The notes under the pieces: model-generated
Told to the model about the DNA's origin: nothing
The model's input: only the letters and a program-made list of their open reading frames with translations
Database searches by the model: none
Source: the human T2T-CHM13v2.0 reference genome, Homo sapiens
Assembly (NCBI RefSeq): GCF_009914755.1
Contig: NC_060929.1
Length of the DNA stretch: 64,000 nt
Reading direction: 5' to 3' (one strand)
Part shown: in pieces, positions 31,572-51,923 of the stretch
Layout of the letters: every line of letters starts with the position of its first letter
How positions within the stretch are numbered: the stretch's first letter is position 1
Position numbers and translations under genes: made by a program

Positions 31572-32100
31572 AAGTTCAGAAAAGAGCTAACATAGGAGGC
31601 CTGAGACTGCTCTCCTTAGAAAGGCCTGCTTGGAAGGTTGGCCCCTGTCTGGCATCTAGGAACTTGGATTTCTGGAGTATTCCCACTATTCCTTAACTGA
31701 TAAGAGTGGCCTATTGTGTGCCTGGAGCATTTGTGCATTGTGGTTTATGCCGAATACCAGCTTTCCTTCCAGGAGTATGGAATTTTGGTATGTGCGAAGT
31801 AGAGGGTGCTTATATAATCAGCACCCCCGCCTAAAAAACTTGGGTACTGATTCTCTAATGAGCAGAAACAACACTTCACATGTGTCGTCGCAATTTGATG
31901 GTGGAAGAATTATGTCCTCTGAGACTCCAACCGGACACTTGTGCCTAGTTTCTTCTGGACTTTGCCCTAAGCACCTTTTCCCTTTGCTGATTTTGCTGTG
32001 TATCCTTTTATGTAATAAATTATAGCCATGAGCGCAGCTGTATTCTGGGTCCTGCAATTCCTCCTACTGAACTTCGGTGTGATCTTGGGATCCCCCAACA
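31572..32100 (+). mobile_element. Solo LTR, MER68-like
   Basis: cagaaaagagctaacataggaggcctgagactgc...; AATAAA at 32014; ends ccccaaca. Confidence 0.7.
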
Positions 32101-32270
32101 CTTGTGAACCCCAACACGAATACATATTAGGGATTACAGTGCCTCTTTCTTACCTAGGCAAGTGCTAATTGAGGGTTATTTGTAATGGTTGTTGTGATGG
32201 TGATGATGATACTAATGATGATGATAAGTAATAATAAGAAAAAATTAAGTTAACAAAAATAGTTGATGAA

Positions 32271-32699
32271 TGTAGTGAGTTGAATAATGTTCCCCCAAAT
32301 TTCGTGACCACCTAGAAAGAACTTCAGAATGTGATCTTATTGGAAAATAGACCTTATTTGCAGATGTAATTAGTAAGGATCTCCAGATGAAATCATGACT
32401 GCTGTCTTTATTAGAAGAGGAACAAGGACATAGGCACACAGAGAAGAAAACAATGTTAAGACAGAGGCAGAGATAGTAGTGAGGCAGCTACAAGCCAAAG
32501 GATGAAAGATTGCCAGGAGTCACCATAAGTTAGGAAGAGGCAAGGAAAAATTCTGCCAGAGTCTTCAGAGGGAATGTGTCTCTGCTGACACCTTGATTTT
32601 AGACTTATAGCTTCCAGAACTGTGGGAGAACAGGTTCCTGTTGTTTTAAGCCACACAGTTTGCAATAATTTATTCTGACAGTTCTAGGAGATGAATACA
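32271..32699 (+). mobile_element. MaLR LTR (MLT1C-like)
   Basis: tgtagtgagttgaat...cagaatgtgatcttattggaaaatag...gaataca. Confidence 0.85.
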
Positions 32700-33719
32700 G
32701 TGAGTTTTGGGTAAACAGATACTAAAATAATCTAAAATAATCTGAACATTAAAATTGCTCTCCTAGTTACTGTTTAATTTCTTCCCTTTTCTGTCCTCCA
32801 AAATCTAAAAGATGGCAGTACAGGAAATGCAGAAGCAATCCTGACATTCCTATTCTTTACTCTGTCTTCTAATGCATTGCCAAATGTAGTCAGTTCTACT
32901 TCTGAATTATTTCTCCAACTTACTCACTTCTCAACTCTCTCCACCAAGCTACTGTCATCTCTTGCCTAAACTATTAAAATGGGCTTCTACCTGGACTCTT
33001 CTTACTCTATCTGACCCATTTTCTATAGGCAACCAGAATGATCTTTCTTAGATGTATGTCTGATTACATGACACACTTGCTTAAAATCTTTCAATGGTTT
33101 TTCTCTTCAGGTTAGTTAAAATCCCAAATCCACAACATGATTTATGAGACCCTACATGATCTAGCCCCTGTCTACCTCCAGTCTCATTTCATACCACTCT
33201 CTCCATCCCTCAGTATGCACCTGGTCTTTTAAAACTTTCCTTAATATGCTTTTCACTACTTCTGGACTATTGCATGAGCTAGTTTCTCTGTGCAAAATCT
33301 TGTTCCCCTACTCTTCCCTGCTAATATCAGAAAGAAAGGGAGGGAGAAGAAGTACATGTAGGAGGAGGAGCACAGGCTTTGTGTCCATCAGAGCAGTCAG
33401 ATACCCAGCTTCCCTGCTCACTATCCTTGTAACCTTGGGCAAGTTACTTGATATTGAGTGTCAGTGTTCTGTAAGAATTCTTGGGCAAGTTACCTGGCAT
33501 TAAGTGTCAGTGTTCTGTAAGTTATCTGTAAGAATTATGATGCCTACCTCATTGGATGACTGTGTTTTATATGAGTTAAAAGATACTATACAAGGATTAA
33601 GCGGAATAATATAAAATATTTAACAGTGCCTGGCACAGATTAAGCATTTACTCAATGGAAAGATTATTATTATGAAAATGGCTTAACCAGAATTGCAGTC
33701 TAACATTTATATAACCATC

Positions 33720-34016
33720 TTTTTTTTTTTTTTTTGAGACACAGTCTCGCTCTGTCACCCAGGCTGGAGTGCAATAGCGTGATCTTGGCTCGCTGCAACC
33801 TCCGCCTCCCGGGTTCCAGCGATTCTCCTGCCTCAGCCTCCTGAGTAGCTGGGATCATAGGCATGGGCCACTACGCCCAACTAATTTTTTGTATTTTCAG
33901 TAGAGATGGGGTTTCACCATGTTGGTCAGGCTGTTCTGGAACTCCTGACCTCATGTTCTGCCCGCCTAGGCCTCCCAAAGTGTTGGGATTACAGGCGTGA
34001 GCCACTGCACCCGGCC
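33720..34016 (-). mobile_element. Alu
   Basis: Full dimer, TSD ATAACCATC. Confidence 0.97.
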
Positions 34017-35432
34017 ATAACCATCATTTTTCTAAAGTGCTTTGCATTGCTAGTTACTTTATGGAGTTTCACAAATTTCTCTTTAAAATCTTTCTCCTTT
34101 TTAGAATGTAAGCTTAATCTAAAGTAAGATACAACTGTTTATAATAAAAGAAATCTAAGATTGAATGCCATATATTCCCTGTAACTTTTATTCTTCTATG
34201 TGACATGGTTAAAATATGACCTGACTTATATTCCGCAGCAGGATAATTATCCATGCAGAGCAAAGACCTTATCTCTTCTTCTCTGCTTTATTCCCATTTG
34301 CCAGCATAGTGCCAGTACATTGTAGGTTCATAATTAAATTTTTGATGAATGAAAAAGTTATTTTGAAGTACCTACAGTTTATTATTTGATAAACATTGAT
34401 ATTCTGTGTAACACAGGATCATATCACTTGTTCATTAGTATTTTGTATATATCTACAACTAATAGAGGATATCCTGTTTTTAACTGTTTAAAATTCTTTA
34501 AATATTAATATTTAGGAGTTCTTTCTTTGTCATGTGGAATTCTAAAATTAGTAGAGGAAAAAAACACTTAGATGTTGATGTTTGGGATGTCAAAGATGGT
34601 TTTCAGTGCAATACTTGCTTAAAGCATGTTTTCACTTACTCACACTCTCATCAGAGCTTAGGAAATTGAAATAAGCCACCAGGAGTATTTTTATGAGCGC
34701 TGTATGTACCCACACAGACATTTGGCTGACAAATAGGTCAAGGTTGCTGTTAATAGCATGTCTGAAGGTTATATGAATTATATAGCACATTACTTTTCAG
34801 TGTAAACTTAAAAATGGGTCTCAGAACAAAACATGGTCTCTCAAATATCAAATTTCATAAATAGGGGCATTCAGTCTTGTTGATAGATTGACTTTCAAAA
34901 TCAAAATGCAAGTTATTATAATTCTTTATTACTGAAATTGGCCATTTTTGAACCTGCTTATATTTTCAGCCAGAATTACAGGTTTCTTTATTATTATAAT
35001 ACTTCCATCTGTCTTTTTTAGGCATCAGCGATGCTTCCTTCTTGTACCAGTTTAGGAACACTAATTTAATTAAGTGTCCCTTATTATATATGACACACCA
35101 CACCATACTAGGATCGCTATGGGCTGCACAGTTGTTTCATCTGGACAGTTGTTAAAGAGATACTGGTAGTATTACTCATAAAAATGCCATTTACTGATGA
35201 TAAGACCTTGAGCAAGTAATTTATCTGCTTAGAATCCCAGTTTAGTCAGATGAGCTTTCACTAGATGGCTTTAAAAGTTCTTCTACTCTGAAATTCTATA
35301 ACTCCAATGGAGTACAGTTAAGTGCTTTATAAATTTCTGATACTCATCTGCCCCTTCACATTATATGTATTGTGTTATAACAGGTTTAAGTTCAAATTTG
35401 CTGTCTTCTTATCAATTGAAAGAAAACATTTG

Positions 35433-35766
<334 letters not shown>

Positions 35767-35779
35767 CTATTCCTAAAGT

Positions 35780-36035
35780 AGTGGTTTTCAACTGAGGGCG
35801 GTCACCCTTCACCCCCATACACCACCCCCACCTCTACCCCTTAGCTGCCAAGAAGACATTTGACAATGTCTGGAGACATTTTTGGTTGATAACACCGGGG
35901 TTATTTTGCTGGCATCTGGTGGGTAGAGGCCAAGGTTGCTGCTAAACAGTCTATAATGCAGAAAACAGCCCCTTCCCTAACAAAGAATCATCAAGTCCAA
36001 AATGTCTTTAGTATAGAGATTGAGAAAACATGTCT
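35780..36035 (+). mobile_element. MER20 (hAT-Charlie)
   Basis: gacatttgacaatgtctggagacatttttggttg...gggtagaggccaagg...tgagaaa. Confidence 0.8.
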
Positions 36036-36661
36036 AAAACTAGATATTTTATGCTCGTCAGCCTGGTCTTAGGAATGTCACACTTAAAATAATTGCCTAC
36101 ATTTTAAATATTGTTTATTCTTTCATATTCTAAGGGATCAAATCCACTTAACACTATTACATCAATTTTTTTTTAGAATTAACAAAAAATGTATAGAATT
36201 GTGTATAGAAAGTGTAAAGAATTAGGAGGTAATTGATTTTATACGGAAAATTTTAAAAACTAAATTTCTAACATCAGTATAATAAAAAATTTAATATTAA
36301 GTAGAATTCCTTAAAGTACTAAGACTAGGAGATGACCCTTATTTCAGTTACAAAAGTAAAATCAGGTATTTGTAGTATCCACTAAGCTAATATTTTTGAG
36401 CCAGCTACAATGTGCCAGACATTATTTTTAGATGATGCAAATACAATAGCAATCACAGCACAAAATTCTTCAGTGTCATGGAACTTACATTCTAATGCTA
36501 TCAGAAGAGAAATTAAACAAGCTGCTGTGTTGTTTTTCCTAGCTTCTGTCTTGTTGAAAATCTAAAATCAAATTCCCTATCATTTCATCTTACCATTGTA
36601 ATTATGTATGTTGTCTGCTCATGTAGGTTAATATTTTTCTAAGCCAAGTCAAAATAAGCAG

Positions 36662-39427
<2,766 letters not shown>

Positions 39428-39472
39428 AAGTCTATACTTTTCATGTCTTCTATTCTGAGACTTAAAAATTGA

Positions 39473-39670
<198 letters not shown>

Positions 39671-41090
39671 CCCAGACTCTGGGTCTTCTCAGCTATATCA
39701 CTTCTAATCCCAACTTTGACCTGCCAGACCCTTTTTGGCTCTAGTTCCATCTCCCTTGTGACTCTTTCTCTACCTCACAGCTGCATCTTTAAAACCTCCA
39801 GTTACTGGATTATTTTCTTTCTAAATTTAAATTCTGTAAATAGGGATGATAGGCCTAACTTATATTTCATGCAAGACTCCATCATAAGTTAAGTGCTGGC
39901 CACGTTAAGTGCTAGTGCTTACGTTAGGTGCCCATACCTGGCCAGTCGACAGGCTAGAAAGGGAGTTAAATCCTACATAATGTGGCCAACTAGGTCACTC
40001 CTTCAGCAAGAGCTGTGGATATGGTGATGTGTCTGCTGCAATGACTGCTTAGTAAATTCTATTAACAACAGATAATCTGGCAATAACCCACCCGCTTTAT
40101 TTTTTCAGATTTGATGGCATTTTGTCTGGGTTACATTTTCTGTATAATATTGAAAAACAAAGGTTTACAAAAATTGTAAATGTTATAGTCAAATTGATAT
40201 GTTAATTACTTTAAAAGCATTAGAAAAATAATCTCCTTTTGGATATAAAATGGTGAATGTGATCTAAACCATTTTTAGATTCATAGCTAAAGTATTTTAT
40301 TACAGTTTTTTCCATAAAGTAGTCTTTGGCATTTATTTTTAAAAGTACAATAGTAGGAGAGTTTTATGTCTGAGTGATTATGAGGTGGAAATACCAATTT
40401 GTTAGCTTAGCAAGTCTCATTAAGCACCTGCCTGGATCAATGTCTTGCATGTAGCACATATTCATTATTTCTTTAATTGAATCAAAAAGGCTGCCTTTGT
40501 TTAAGCTCAGACTACATTAAACATGTATACTCTGTCAAGGGCTATAGTCATCTAGGAATTCAAAGTTGTAAATATTAGTGCTTCCACAATGATGAATTCA
40601 CAAGCAGACCAGAAAATGGCTAGGTGAGATTTCACAAGATAAAATCCCTGAATACTCACCTCCACACACACACATGCAAACAAAACTTTTCTTTGAAATA
40701 TATTTACTATCATTATTATCATATAACCAATATAATTTGTGATATAAGTAATATTACTGTTTAATAGAGAAAAATCTGTGATTTTAATCATATTTGCAAA
40801 GAAATGCATGAATAAGAAAAGATTAAGGGGCATTAGCTATTATAATTTTACCAAAAAATGAAACAGTTGGAATTAATAAAAGTAATAAATGTAAAAGCAT
40901 GCATATTTTGAGCGTTTAAATAACGTATATTTTAAAATGATGTTCCAACCTGAATTTGCCAGGGTAGATGTTATTCAGTCAACTAAAACAGACTGTTTTT
41001 GGGAGTGATCATATGTAAAGAAGATGGATGACAGCCTTGTAAATCCTTTTAAAAATTGTATGTGTGTTTCTCTCAAATTTGAGAGAAGAA

Positions 41091-41383
41091 TTTTTTTTAA
41101 GAGATGAGGTCTCATTTTGTCACCTAGGCTGGAGTAAAGTGGCAGGATCATAGCTCACTGAAGCCTCAAACTCCTGACCATAAGTGATCCTCCCTGGTCA
41201 GCCTCCCAAGTAGCTAGGACCACAGGCACATACCGCCATGCCCAGTGAAGAATTTTTTTTTTTTTTTTGTAGAGACAAGGTCTCACTATGTTGCCCTGAC
41301 TGGTCTCAAACTCCTGGGCTCAAACAATCCTCCTACCTCAGCCTCCCAAAGCCCTGGGATTACAGATGTGAGCCCCCACACCA
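41091..41383 (-). mobile_element. AluJ-like
   Basis: atcatagctcactgaagcctcaaactcctg pattern; diverged. Confidence 0.9.
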
Positions 41384-42182
41384 AGTCCAGAAAAGAGCAT
41401 TTAATGGGAATGAATATAGATCCTTTTTTTTCTTACAGAATTTATTAGGTCGATACAGAGATTTGCAAGGGCATTTTTCAGAATTATCATTTTTCCAATT
41501 TTTTGATTGTGAGACTTACCAGAAACACATTAGCTGCTATAATCCCATCAATAACAATGAGAAAAAGAGAGAGATCACAGAATTCTAAGTCTGAGATAGT
41601 TAATCATCTTCAGTGGACTCTTAGGAAGCTGAAGGTTTATGTTTAGGCTCCTACTTCATGTGGAAAGAAAACTGTGATAGTCTCATCATCAATTTTAAGG
41701 TATATTTTTTCAGATATAATTGTTACTATGTAAACTAATCCTGTGCTACTTGTAAACTGATTGTATCCAATATTTTAGCAGTAGAATTTGGCACACTGCC
41801 ACAGAAAACCCACACAGTAATGGCAAATATACAAATTTATGTAAAAATTAGTTGGTAATGTGTTAAGTAGTTTTGTTTTTCATTTGTATTAGTGAGGAGT
41901 TTTTTGTTGTTAAAAATAACTAATTTAACTGCTGATTGTTGGTTAGTATATTTGGCTATCACCTGTTTTCTGGAATTGAACCAAGATAGAATAATTCTCC
42001 TATTTATAGGCTACTGTTGAAGCTCCATTTTGATTATCCTCCATTTTGATTGAATTTTGATTAAAATTTGAGGATTTCTGCAGAAAAAAATTCTTAAACT
42101 GTGCATCTCAAACCTTAATATACACACAAATGACTTGGGCATCTTCTTAGATGCCCTTTGTGATTCAGTGAGTCTAGGATAG

Positions 42183-42500
42183 TGTATTAGTCTGTTCTCA
42201 TGCTGCCATTAAAGACATAACCAAGACTGGGTAATTTAGAAAGAAAAAGAGGTTTAATGGACTCACAGTTCCATGTGGCTTGGGAGGCCTCACAGTCATG
42301 GTGGAAGGTGAAAGGCACATCTTACATGGCAGCAGGCAAAAGAGAATGAAAAATCAAGTGAAAGGGGAAAGCTTTTAAAAACCATCGGATCTCAGGAAAC
42401 TTATTCACTACCACCAGAACAGTATGGGGGAAACCATCCCCATGATTCAATTACAATGAGTCCCATCAGGTCCCTCCCACAACATGTGGGAATTATGGGA
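42183..42500 (-). mobile_element. THE1-type MaLR LTR (one end missing) inside MER5A-like element (about 42100-42555)
   Basis: tgtattagtctgttctcatgctgc...; flanks gattcagtgagtctag and gctggtccatggaccacacttggagtagcaagg. Confidence 0.8.
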
Positions 42501-45500
42501 TCTCCCAGGAGCTGCTGATGTTGCTGGTCCATGGACCACACTTGGAGTAGCAAGGATATAAAGAACTGGACCTCTGGTGGAAGTAGGACAAGATTCACAA
42601 ATTGTGAATATCTTTATCAGAAATGTGTGATGATTATTTGTATCCCTTTGAGAAGAAAAGCCCCTCTTATATTTCTATAAAGAGTTGAAGTAGACATTGG
42701 GCCACTTAAGAAGGGCATGATATAATGAAACACTGAAGCCTCTCTAAGTTTGTAGAGGACAATCTTCTTCAAGATAGGTATGCTCCATATCTGAGCTCCT
42801 ACCTGAGGATAGATTAGAGTGGTGTCTTCCACTGCACACTGTGTGTAATGAGAGAATGAGAATGAAAAAGGTAATAACGTCTTACTGTTATTACGACAAT
42901 AGTTTTGACCTCATGGGCTCACTGAGAGTGAGAATCCTTAGGGATCCCTGTACTACACTTTGAGAGATGCTGGCGTAGAGGAAACTATACATTGTATAGC
43001 TGTGCCTATTGCAAGCAGCAGGGTAAATTTATATTGAGAACAGCCATTGAATCATAAAATATCTGAGCCACAGGTAGTTTTGGATCCTCCTCATTGATGC
43101 AAGTCCTTTTTAATTGTCCTGATTGAAACCATACTCTTGGTATTCTGGACAAAATACATAGAAATGGAATGGTAAAAAAATTGGTTCAAAATACCCCCAG
43201 TGGTTAAGTAATTAGAAAGCTTTTATTTGGAAAAAGTTATAGCAATTACTGGTGGCGGGGAAGAACACTTAGAACGATGAGACAAAGAAGTAGCTCTGAG
43301 CATATGAGCGAAAGATATGATTTCCAGGTGCAATAGGTTAGCCTGATTAAGAGACCATCACTCTTGTAAGAAGGGGCTGGATACATTGGTTAGTAGAGAG
43401 AATTATAATGTCAAAAGAGTTATCTTATTATTGTAATTGTAATAGATTATGAAGTTGCATATTCATATTCTCATTCCATATTTTGCTCGTTGGACTCACT
43501 GACTGGAAGGTAGCTTGGGCCGGAAAGAGGGACTTTCTGGACTAAGAATTGCAGCTCCTGTAGCAGCCTACTGCTTAGGCTGCATCTACTCCTCTTATTG
43601 TGTTTCATGATGGCCCAGGAAGGTTGGGCTGGCCCAGGAAGTAGTGAAAGTAGAATGGAGAGTCATTGATTATAATTATTAATCTTTTTTGAATACATTA
43701 AACAGTGCTAAATGATTTTAAAGTACTGTAGTATATTCATCTACTGAATACATCACTTTATACTCATGTTCTTCCTCACTAATTTGCAAAGAAATAAATT
43801 GTTATTTTACACTTTAGGCACAGTGAACGTGGGTCAACTAATCAAAGAAGTGAAAAAGTTTGAGAAAGGTAAAAATACCTTTTGCCTTTAACCATAATCT
43901 TGTCTCTGCTGCCTTAACAGTGCTTGAAATCATTTGTTATAACTCTACTTAAGTACCAGCAATTATGGGAATCATGCTAAAGCCATGCTTATGAAAAGGC
44001 AAGAGAGGATACCACTAAGATAATAGAGAATCACGTATTATTTAGTTAGAGGACAATCGCATATTATTTAGTTATAAAGCCAAGTTTGAAATCTGGCCAT
44101 AATGATTACAGTAGGCCAAAATTAACTTTATTTGAGCCATTTTACACTTAAGGGGACCTTGGTTAAAAGAATCTCAGGAACACAGTTAAAAAAAATAAGG
44201 AGAAGGCATAAATTTATTACCAGAAAGGTTAAATGATGTCACACTTAATCACTGTTATAGCAAAAGATGCAGCAAGCTGGGTTCAATATAGCCATCTTTC
44301 AAGGCTTGAAAATCTTTCTTTGAGATGGTCTAGACTCGCTCATGGTCTAGACTACATCGTGAAGTCCAGTGGTTAGGTCAGTTAGCACAATCAGGACAAT
44401 AGTCTAACCTGAGTTAATCCAAGGAGTGGCAACTAATTAGGTTGTATTAAAAGCCTGCTTGTTGTAATAGTTTCTCAGCCATATTTTCTCATGTAATACT
44501 CTCTGATTGAAAAGAAAGTACTTTGGTTCCTAAACATAGAATATAAATCTGTGTCCTATTCCTTCTCTCAAAATCTGAGTTCTACCACACATACTGCTGG
44601 TGTTATAAACCCGTAAAATTCCACCTCTGCAACAATACTAATAGTCACATATAGTAAGAGTTAGCTATGATTTAAGCAAAATGAGACGCCAGTGTCAGAT
44701 TGTTTTGATGGTGTGATGAATACAAAACTTCCTATTTTAGGGTTTCCCATCTGTTAGAATTAATTAGAATCTGTTAGATGTAATTCTGCTGAAATTATGG
44801 TATTTTTATTTTTATCAAAATATATTGAATATCTACAAAGAAAAATGAATTTTTATTATAGCTATTTAAATTTATTTACCTGCATTCAGAAGTCAGGGTA
44901 TAAAATTTTTCTATTTTAGCTTATATATGGGTGGTTAGTCATTTTGTATGAATTGCAATTTCTCTTAAGTGGAGTATTATGTTTTAGTATAAAATATTTT
45001 TTATTTGTGAGTTGGTATCTGGATTTTTAAAACACTTTTCTCAATTGATAGATCACTTCAGAGATACCTATTTCAACAGAAACTTAAAAAGCAAGCTTCC
45101 TAGAAATGCCCAGGACTGCTTTCTCACCAATTATGTCAGCTACATATACTTAAGAGCTTGATTGAGAAAAATCAAGCAGTCAGATAAAATAAAGATTTAG
45201 AGAAAGTGAATTAATTGAGAAAGTGAATTAACTGAATTATTTAATTTATAAATCAGTAATAAAGAAAATATCTCTGGTTTATAATGGATATGAAATTTGT
45301 ATCACTATTAGCTTAGATAGCTCAGATTATAGTTAAAATTGTTCTTTTAATAAAGAAAAGATAGAGCTGGAAACAATTTAAAACCTGAAACTTCAGCAAC
45401 ACATGAAGTATACATGGTAGGTAGATTTTTGAAACTATAAATGTTTAGTGATAAAAGGAAATTATAGTAGCTTTGGTTAGGAATAATATCTTCTAAGTGA

Positions 45501-45841
45501 AAAAAAGAAAAATATTAGAAAATCCAGTAAATAAGGAGAAATACTAGAATCTGAAACATTTTGTTTAAATATCTTGCTGTAAGAAAAGTTAACTGTTCTA
45601 CATAATCTTTCATAGTTTTAAAGAACACATAAGTGAATATTCAATTCTTGGCTTTTTTTCTATTTTATTTTAATTTGTAATGCTCAATAACTTTCTTTTT
45701 GAGATCTAATATAGTTATTCTGAACATTTACAAGACTGAGTCTAAAAATTGTTTTCCATGTTGTTTTCTTAGTGTATGCTTAGTATGTTTTTAAAACTTT
45801 TTAATATACCTGACAATATATGTGTCTTTTTGCCCCCTCAG

Positions 45842-46124
45842 TAATCGTGTGGAAGCGTGGACAAGAGATGTTGCTTTCTTACTCAGACAAGAAGGCAGGC
45901 CCATGGTTAATCTTATCCGTAACAGGACTAAAGTCAGAGTGATGGAAAGGGATTGGCAGAATACAGACAAAGCAGTAAACTGGTTAAGAAAGGAAGCAAT
46001 TAATTACACTGAACCATTTGTTATTTACTTGGGATTAAATTTACCACACCCTTACCCTTCACCATCTTCTGGAGAAAATTTTGGATCTTCAACATTTCAC
46101 ACATCTCTTTATTGGCTTGAAAAA
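45842..46124 (+). CDS. ARSK: ARSK exon 4 (283 nt)
   Basis: ccctcag|T AAT CGT ... GAA AAA|gtaagt; contains PFVIYLGLNLPHPY. Confidence 0.96.
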
Positions 46125-46799
46125 GTAAGTAACTACATTGTGTGTGCTCAAAAGTAGATTTATATATGTGGCTTATTGGTATTTGCTCATTGTTTCTTTT
46201 ATTATCACTTTTAAAGAAAAATTTGAAAATTGTATATTCAAACTTGACCAATAACTAGTATGATAAAAACTAAAGGGACAATTTTACAGAAATAAGTGTT
46301 AAAAGTCAGAAGCCTGCTTCTGGATTGAATTCATTTGCTAAGGATATGTCTATAAACAGAGAAACTAAAAGGCATTCTCTTAGAAATGTAGGCAGCTCTC
46401 ACTTTGCACCATTCCAGATTGTAAAAATGACCATGCAAGATGAAACCACATAAAACAACCTTAATAAATGGGGAAAATGACCATTTTCTGGCACTTTTAA
46501 AAACATTTATCAAAATATTTTGAATTATGTTACTTTTTGTTAAAAATTGAAAAAGAAAAAATAAACTAATATTTATATAGTGCACTATAATGAAAACACT
46601 AGAAACATTGAGAATTAAAGAGGGAATTTTTTTGGTTAAAAAACTTGCCAGTAGATTGAAGAGTGCTTGCCTTCTCATCATAAAACTTATGATACAGAGA
46701 AAGCATCTTTTCCAAGACTTGGCAAATTGTCATTATTTCTTTCTAAATTTGGATTACCTTCCAACATTTTAACTTTTGCACTTTCAATGTAATGATATA

Positions 46800-47423
46800 T
46801 CTCCAAGTTCATTTAATGTGAAAAATTTTGCCAATATCGCTTTCTGTGGGACATCTTTATCCTTTTCTTCACAACAGCCTTCCTCATTTATGCTCGTAAA
46901 TGTGCCTTCACTAAGTTCCTCTGGCTACATTTCTAGTGTCTCTTGAATGACAGCAGTGTCAACATTCCCAGCTCCGCTATTTCTTCTATAACTTCATTTA
47001 CATTTGATTTGAATTTCACTTCCAGCCTTGTCACTTTTCCTTTTTTTACTGCATGTTCATCTTTGTTGACTTCTCTTCATTATCTGTTTTTATAAAGTGT
47101 CACATTAATTTATCACTAGGATACAAGTACATGCTTTGTTGTCTGTGCATGTACCAGATAACTAATCACTGACACATTTTAAAAGAAGCAATATGATTAG
47201 TCACTGAATGGCATACATATCTGTTGTATACCCAGTGATTTATACTAAAGAGCTAGCAGCATATCAGTGTGAAAGTTTGTACTTCTTGCAGTTATTCACA
47301 GTTAACATACCCTGGTAACTGAAGTCTACCGGGGTAATTTTGTTAGGGGACTGGTATTATTTAACAATACTGTGATAACTGAAATTCATGCATATCAAAC
47401 CACATGATGCATGTTCTACCTGT
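46800..47423. mobile_element. Tigger-like DNA transposon fragment
   Basis: Ends ...tacctgTA; weak resemblance to recalled consensus. Confidence 0.35.
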
Positions 47424-47477
47424 ATTTTGAAATGTGTAATATTAAATCAATTTTAAGTTACTTTAAAAACTAATCAG

Positions 47478-48753
<1,276 letters not shown>

Positions 48754-49487
48754 AAAAACTAATCAGAAACACGATTTAGTCCATCCTATTTTAAAGAAAA
48801 TAATGCCAGTGTTTTAGATACTTTATATCTTCTTTAAAAGTTCTAAGTGGTTTCATCTTCAAAAATTTGTCTGGAGTTAGTACTAGCCAAATGACATGAG
48901 TTAAATGACTTTCAAGCAAATACTAAGTAAATGTTTGAACTTTTTGAAAGTTACATGACTAAAATATATATGAATTCAAGATCTAGTTCTAATTTTTTTT
49001 ACCAACACTGTACATAAGCATTTATATGTGTTAAAGAGTCATATTTGTTTTTGACAAGTGCTTGGCTATCTCACTAGATATTGTCATTTTTACTAGTGAA
49101 TTATTGGAGAAAAGGAGTCCGTATTCTGAGGTTGTTGATTCTGAAGTTTTGGTTACACAACTATATATTAAAGTGCTTGGATACTTTTCTGGATTAGCAT
49201 GTACTGTCTAATATAGCTCATATTTTTTATTGGCCTGTATAATTTTTAAAAATTTTACCACTATCTCATGATATATATACACATATTGATATATACCTTT
49301 TGTTATGACAGTATTAACAATTTGTTCCTAATTTATGTATTGATTTGCTATTTTATTTACATATTTACACTGTTCTTTTCTACTATTCTAAGTAATTAAA
49401 CATTGTTGATTTCATCATACATACTTATTGGAGGAAAGAAATAGCACTATTTTGCTAGCATAACTAAGTTTTTTCTCCCCTTTTTAG

Positions 49488-49659
49488 GTGTCTCATGATG
49501 CCATCAAAATCCCAAAGTGGTCACCTTTGTCAGAAATGCACCCTGTAGATTATTACTCTTCTTATACAAAAAACTGCACTGGAAGATTTACAAAAAAAGA
49601 AATTAAGAATATTAGAGCATTTTATTATGCTATGTGTGCTGAGACAGATGCCATGCTTG
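49488..49659 (+). CDS. ARSK: ARSK exon 5 (172 nt)
   Basis: tttttag|GTG TCT CAT ... ATG CTT G|gtaggt; ...RAFYYAMCAETDAML. Confidence 0.96.
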
Positions 49660-50517
49660 GTAGGTGGTATAATTAATAAGCAATTACATGAAGAAAAATT
49701 ATAATATTTTTCCAACAGTCTGTAATCATGCTGCTTGGTGACTTTCTTACAACAGTTGCTTATAACTATAGGAATCTTGACACTTATCAAAACTTGATAA
49801 CTTGCGTTATTGATAGAATGAAAAGCTCTTTACATCTTAATGATTCAGAAATTCTCAGATTCATAAATGCTCAGATTTATTCACACATAAAGAAAGGGTC
49901 ACAGAAGGCTATCATCTACTTGAAACGTTTTACTGTCCTTAAACAGGAATCAATATTCAGCCAAGCACAGGTACACATGTGATTGGTAATTGTAAGGCAG
50001 CTTAGGTTTCTAGAGATGAGAAAATTTACTTGTAGAATCTTGTGACTCCCCAAAACTTATAATAACCATGAAACAAATTCATTCTCCCCAGGCCCTTTAG
50101 AGCATGGCTTAACTAAAGTTTCTCCATGTATATTCTGGTCCAGAATCATACCGAATTTTCTTCCCTCATTCAAGCTCAAGACCACCTCAAAACTAAACCT
50201 GCCTTCATCACATGACTGTCAAGAACATTTTACCTGTTCACTTATAGAGCTATGGAAGTTTCCAGTTCATGTGTGGAAAAACCCTGGTTTAAAAATCTGT
50301 TTTATAACAAAAGTTATTTTCATAAAGTAATGTCATTTATTTTGCTGCACTTAGGAATGAAGCATAATTGTACTAGTGAAGCGTAGGTAGCACCTCTTCT
50401 GTACAGAGTAAACTTTGGAAATGACAAGTGAATGTTTTTTGTTAAAAAAAAATTCACTGGGTAAAAATAGAAAAGTATACAGCAAGAAGCAAAAAGGCCA
50501 TATGGACAAATTATTTA

Positions 50518-50900
<383 letters not shown>

Positions 50901-51047
50901 TTAAGTAATTTTCTTTAATCATGAGCACATCTGTCAAATTGTATTTCATTGATATTCTCTGATGTTAGAGAATGTCCTCCCATTTGCATACTAGAAATTG
51001 CATTTGAAAGTTTATAGCCATTCATTCATCTGTATCTAATAAAATGA

Positions 51048-51448
<401 letters not shown>

Positions 51449-51619
51449 TGTAAATTTTTAAATCTACACCGGTCTTTTCACCAAATAGTATTTAATACTG
51501 TTCATTGTGTTTGTTAACAACCATTAAGTACCTACTAGCTGTAAGGCACTATGTTGGGCACTGGGGGAGTATAGTATGTTGAATACTATTAAGAAATCAC
51601 TCATTAATTAAAGACATTT

Positions 51620-51923
<304 letters not shown>

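Noticed and set aside
43000-44500. Non-repetitive intronic stretch examined for a processed pseudogene or hidden exon
   Set aside because: No long ORF, poly(A)/TSD or recognisable homology; only a short duplication ATGGTCTAGACT near 44325-44353
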